DNA of 64,000 nucleotides from contig CM059432.1 of assembly GCA_030390025.1 (NCBI GenBank), positions 135,906,001-135,970,000 of the forward strand, read 5' to 3'. Made by a program: the position numbers and the translations under genes. Source of the stretch: Squalus acanthias (taxonomy: Eukaryota). Below are positions 60,981-64,000 of this stretch, piece by piece (the stretch's first letter is position 1; each line of letters opens with the position of its first letter). The notes below the pieces were generated by a model. The model ran no database searches and had not been told where the DNA came from. It saw only the letters and a list, made by a program, of their open reading frames with translations.

Positions 60981-63059
60981 TGGTAACCATTGCCTCACAT
61001 TTTTATGCTCCTGGGTCTGTCTGAGCAACAGCAGAATATATATGTGAAATCTCCCAGTGCATAGGTCCCACACCCTGAAGTTCCCTCACTAAACCTCTCC
61101 GCTTCCCTCTCCTCCTTTAAACCCACTTCTTTGATCAATTTTCTGGCCACTCCTCCTGATATCTCCTTTGGTTCGGCATCCACTTTTGTCTGATTACGCC
61201 CCTGTGAAGCACCTTGGGATGTTTGCCTACATTGAGAGTGCTGTAGAAATGCAAGTTGTTTGTTGCTCAGAGTTTTGTCTGATTCTAAACTCTAAATGAA
61301 TAGGAATGTTCTTTCCTAGTGTACAGAGTATTGTAAAGGACCTCCTGCGTATTACGGCAAAGTTCCTCCATGCTGTTCGATTCTGCCATCATTTTCACAG
61401 TAATTATATTTTGAAGTGCTTCCAAAATGCAGCTCATGCAACGGGCACTTTAACTATATCCCCTTTTATAAAGATAAACTACTGTCTTCATTTATTTCTG
61501 AGGCAGTCTGTTCTGCTTAGTACATAACAGTAAAAGTCATTTTCATTTCTGTGTAGTTTTACAGTCTGTACACACAGAGCAGATGTATGAAGTAGATTAA
61601 TTGCCCCATTTTCATTTATACAAATAGTAATTTGTTAATTGTTTATCTAAACAGGTTGCTTTAACAGCTCATTATTCACTAACTAGTCCAACATCAGTGT
61701 GAATGTCATTCCTCAAATTTATATAAACTGTCGCATTTTTGTAAAGAAAACAGAATTATTCTGAACAATTAGGATAATTTTGCATGTAAAAGAAAAAAAA
61801 AGAAAGATCTTGCATTTATATAGCACCTTTTGCAACCTCAGGACGCCCCAAAGCTCTTTACAGCCAATGAAGTACTTTTGAAGTGTTGCCACTGTTGTAA
61901 TGTAGGAATGTAATGTGTCTTGTATGGCGGATATAATTGGTAATTCTCTGATCTGATGCCCCCAGTGGGAAGCCATACTCCCAGGGAGTGCAGGTTGGAG
62001 AATCGGGTTTCCATGTTATAGTCCTATCACTGATCCTCACTCCCTGTGAGCATAGCTTTCCCACTGGCATTGTGGAATCAATCTATTCCTCTTAAACATA
62101 TATCCCACGTTCCCCAGTGACTTAGTGGTTAAAGGCACTACCTGGTGTAGCACTAAGCCATAGTGCATATGTAAATAAGGGACCTAATGCCTGTTTGAGG
62201 CCCCTTGCGCAAGACTGGGTTGCCCTGAACATAACCGGCTGGCTAAATTCAGGAAAACCAGGTCTACACTCGACCTAACCAGTGGTCCTTAAAGAGCTGC
62301 TGCAGGCTGCCACCAGAGAGGTAAGTTTTTAAAACATACTTACCTGAATGTGTAGCCGGGTGGTGCAGAGGTACCCCTCCTGGCTCCACATTCAAACCAA
62401 CGCTACCAGCCACCGCTCCCCCTCCCTGATGGACCAAATTCACCACCCCTGATCGCCAACAACCCCTCCTGATTGGCCCCCCTCTCCCGGTCGCCTTCCC
62501 TTCCCCTTTAAAGACTTACCTGAGGGCTGCTACCAGTGATGTGGTGGCCCTATATTGGCAGTTCCTTCACCGGCAAGCTGCCTGGGGATGCCCAGGTGTT
62601 GGTGTCTGCAGCTCGCCGGTGTAATTTAAACGAAGCTCGAGGCCCAGTATCGGGTGAGCCTCGGGCCTACCCGTTCAGGCCCAGGGATCGATCCCTGAGC
62701 CCCATTCTACCCCAATGAACCCAACCTCCTCCAATCCTGCACCACAGAAGGTTTCACTTTTCCCAGTCAAAGACGAGAGAGGGTTGCAAAATTTCCACCT
62801 GGCACTGCCTTCAGCTTTAAAACTGGGGATGAGGAAGAACTTTTTCTTGGTAAAATTATTTCACTTTCAACGGCTTTAACAATGACTTCTCTTTTTCGGA
62901 AAGCAGAACTAATGAAATTTTAATGAATCATATTTGGAAAACAAAGTCATTCACTAAGTAGCTTGCAGCGAAGAAACTATGCTGAGGCTTTCTGTCCGGC
63001 ATGAAACTATGGCTTGTTAAGTTGTCTCTGAGTGTTTCTCTTGTCTGGTATGATAATAG

Positions 63060-63470
63060 GTGTCAGCTGTGGCTCTGAGTCAGAAGGTCATGGGTTCAAG
63101 TCCCACTCCAGTGACTTGAGAACAAAATCTAAGCTGACGCTCCCAGTGCAGTACTGAGGGAGTGCTGCTGTCTTTTGGATAAGATGTTAAACCGAGGCCC
63201 TGTCTGCTCTCTCAGGTGGATGTAAAAGATCCCATGGCAATATTTCAAAGAAGAGCAGGGGCGTTCTCCCAGGTGTCCTGGCCAATATTTATCCCTCAGC
63301 CAACATCTAAAAACAAGTTATTTGGTCTTTCTCTCATTGCTGTTTGTGGGAGCTTGCTGTGCGCAAATTGGCTGCTGCGTTTCCTACATTACAACAGTGA
63401 TTACACTCCAAAAGTACTTCATTGGCTGTAAAGCGCTTTAGAACATCATGAAAGGCGCTATATAAATGAA
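63060..63470 (+). mobile_element. Deu-domain tRNA-SINE
   Basis: Head (A-box deleted), GGTTCAAGTCC B-box, body and tail GGCGCTATATAAATG. Confidence 0.88.
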
Positions 63471-64000
63471 AAAAAGAAAGACTTACATTTATGTAGCACC
63501 TTTCACGACCTCAGGACGTACAAGTTCATTCTTTGTTTTTTAATGCTAATGTTTTTATAGTGTTCCTAAAATTCCATATGTTCTCCACCTTTGGAATGTC
63601 CCTCACAAGTGAAATAACGCTGAGGTAACAGTATAGTGAGAAATAGAAGCTGAGCGCTTCAGCAGGTGTGCTGTTTAAACCCAAAGAGTCAAGTATGTTT
63701 ACGATGCCAAAGTATTAACTTAAGACTAACTAAAATCATGGCTAATAATGCAAGACAGTGATATTCATTGAGGACATCGAACTGACCACTTGTGACTCCG
63801 TTCATCTGTCTCGGAAATGTGCTGCGCAATGATATGTTCATTGCCCACGAAGGACGAATGTAGCAGGAAGTGGATGGAGTCAGCCTGTTCTGACCTTGGA
63901 GGCCCAGCTGAAGGTCTGCAATGCAGCAATACATTCCCATCTCTGCACTTGGCATGTGCTGCTGAACCGTGTAGACCAACGCGGGAAATTCCACGTCCAT

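Noticed and set aside
63689..64000. 103-aa ORF at the window edge
   Set aside because: No recognisable domain in any frame I translated; cannot be supported as a CDS.

Overview
Eukaryotic DNA, almost certainly from a cartilaginous fish (shark-like); this is inferred from the repeat families, whose names I recall from consensus sequences rather than from a search. I found no convincing host protein-coding exon in 64 kb, so this looks like a gene desert or a very large intron. Roughly half of it is transposon debris: many 5'-truncated CR1 LINEs, L2 3' ends, a longer decayed RT-encoding LINE (12.5-15.4 kb), a young 5'-inverted RTE/BovB-type LINE, about 13 copies of a tRNA-headed Deu-domain SINE (SacSINE1/AmnSINE1-like), HE1-type V-SINEs, ancient AmnSINE2-like and LF-SINE-like fragments, three short Penelope-like inserts carrying minimal hammerhead ribozymes with 13-14 bp TSDs, and many PIF/Harbinger-type non-autonomous elements with 3-bp TSDs, one of which keeps Myb/SANT and transposase remnants. 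The least-explained signal is inside the Harbinger-derived MITEs: diverged copies keep a 91-92 nt GT-AG mini-intron followed by three hairpins with compensatory and G-U changes, which suggests a transposon-borne spliced, structured RNA. A second MITE family keeps three strong splice donors, a 14-nt microexon-like unit and a position-conserved hairpin. Repeat-poor islands (about 22.2-25.3, 26.4-27.4, 47.1-48.0, 51.0-51.5 and 53.2-54.8 kb) are candidate regulatory DNA.
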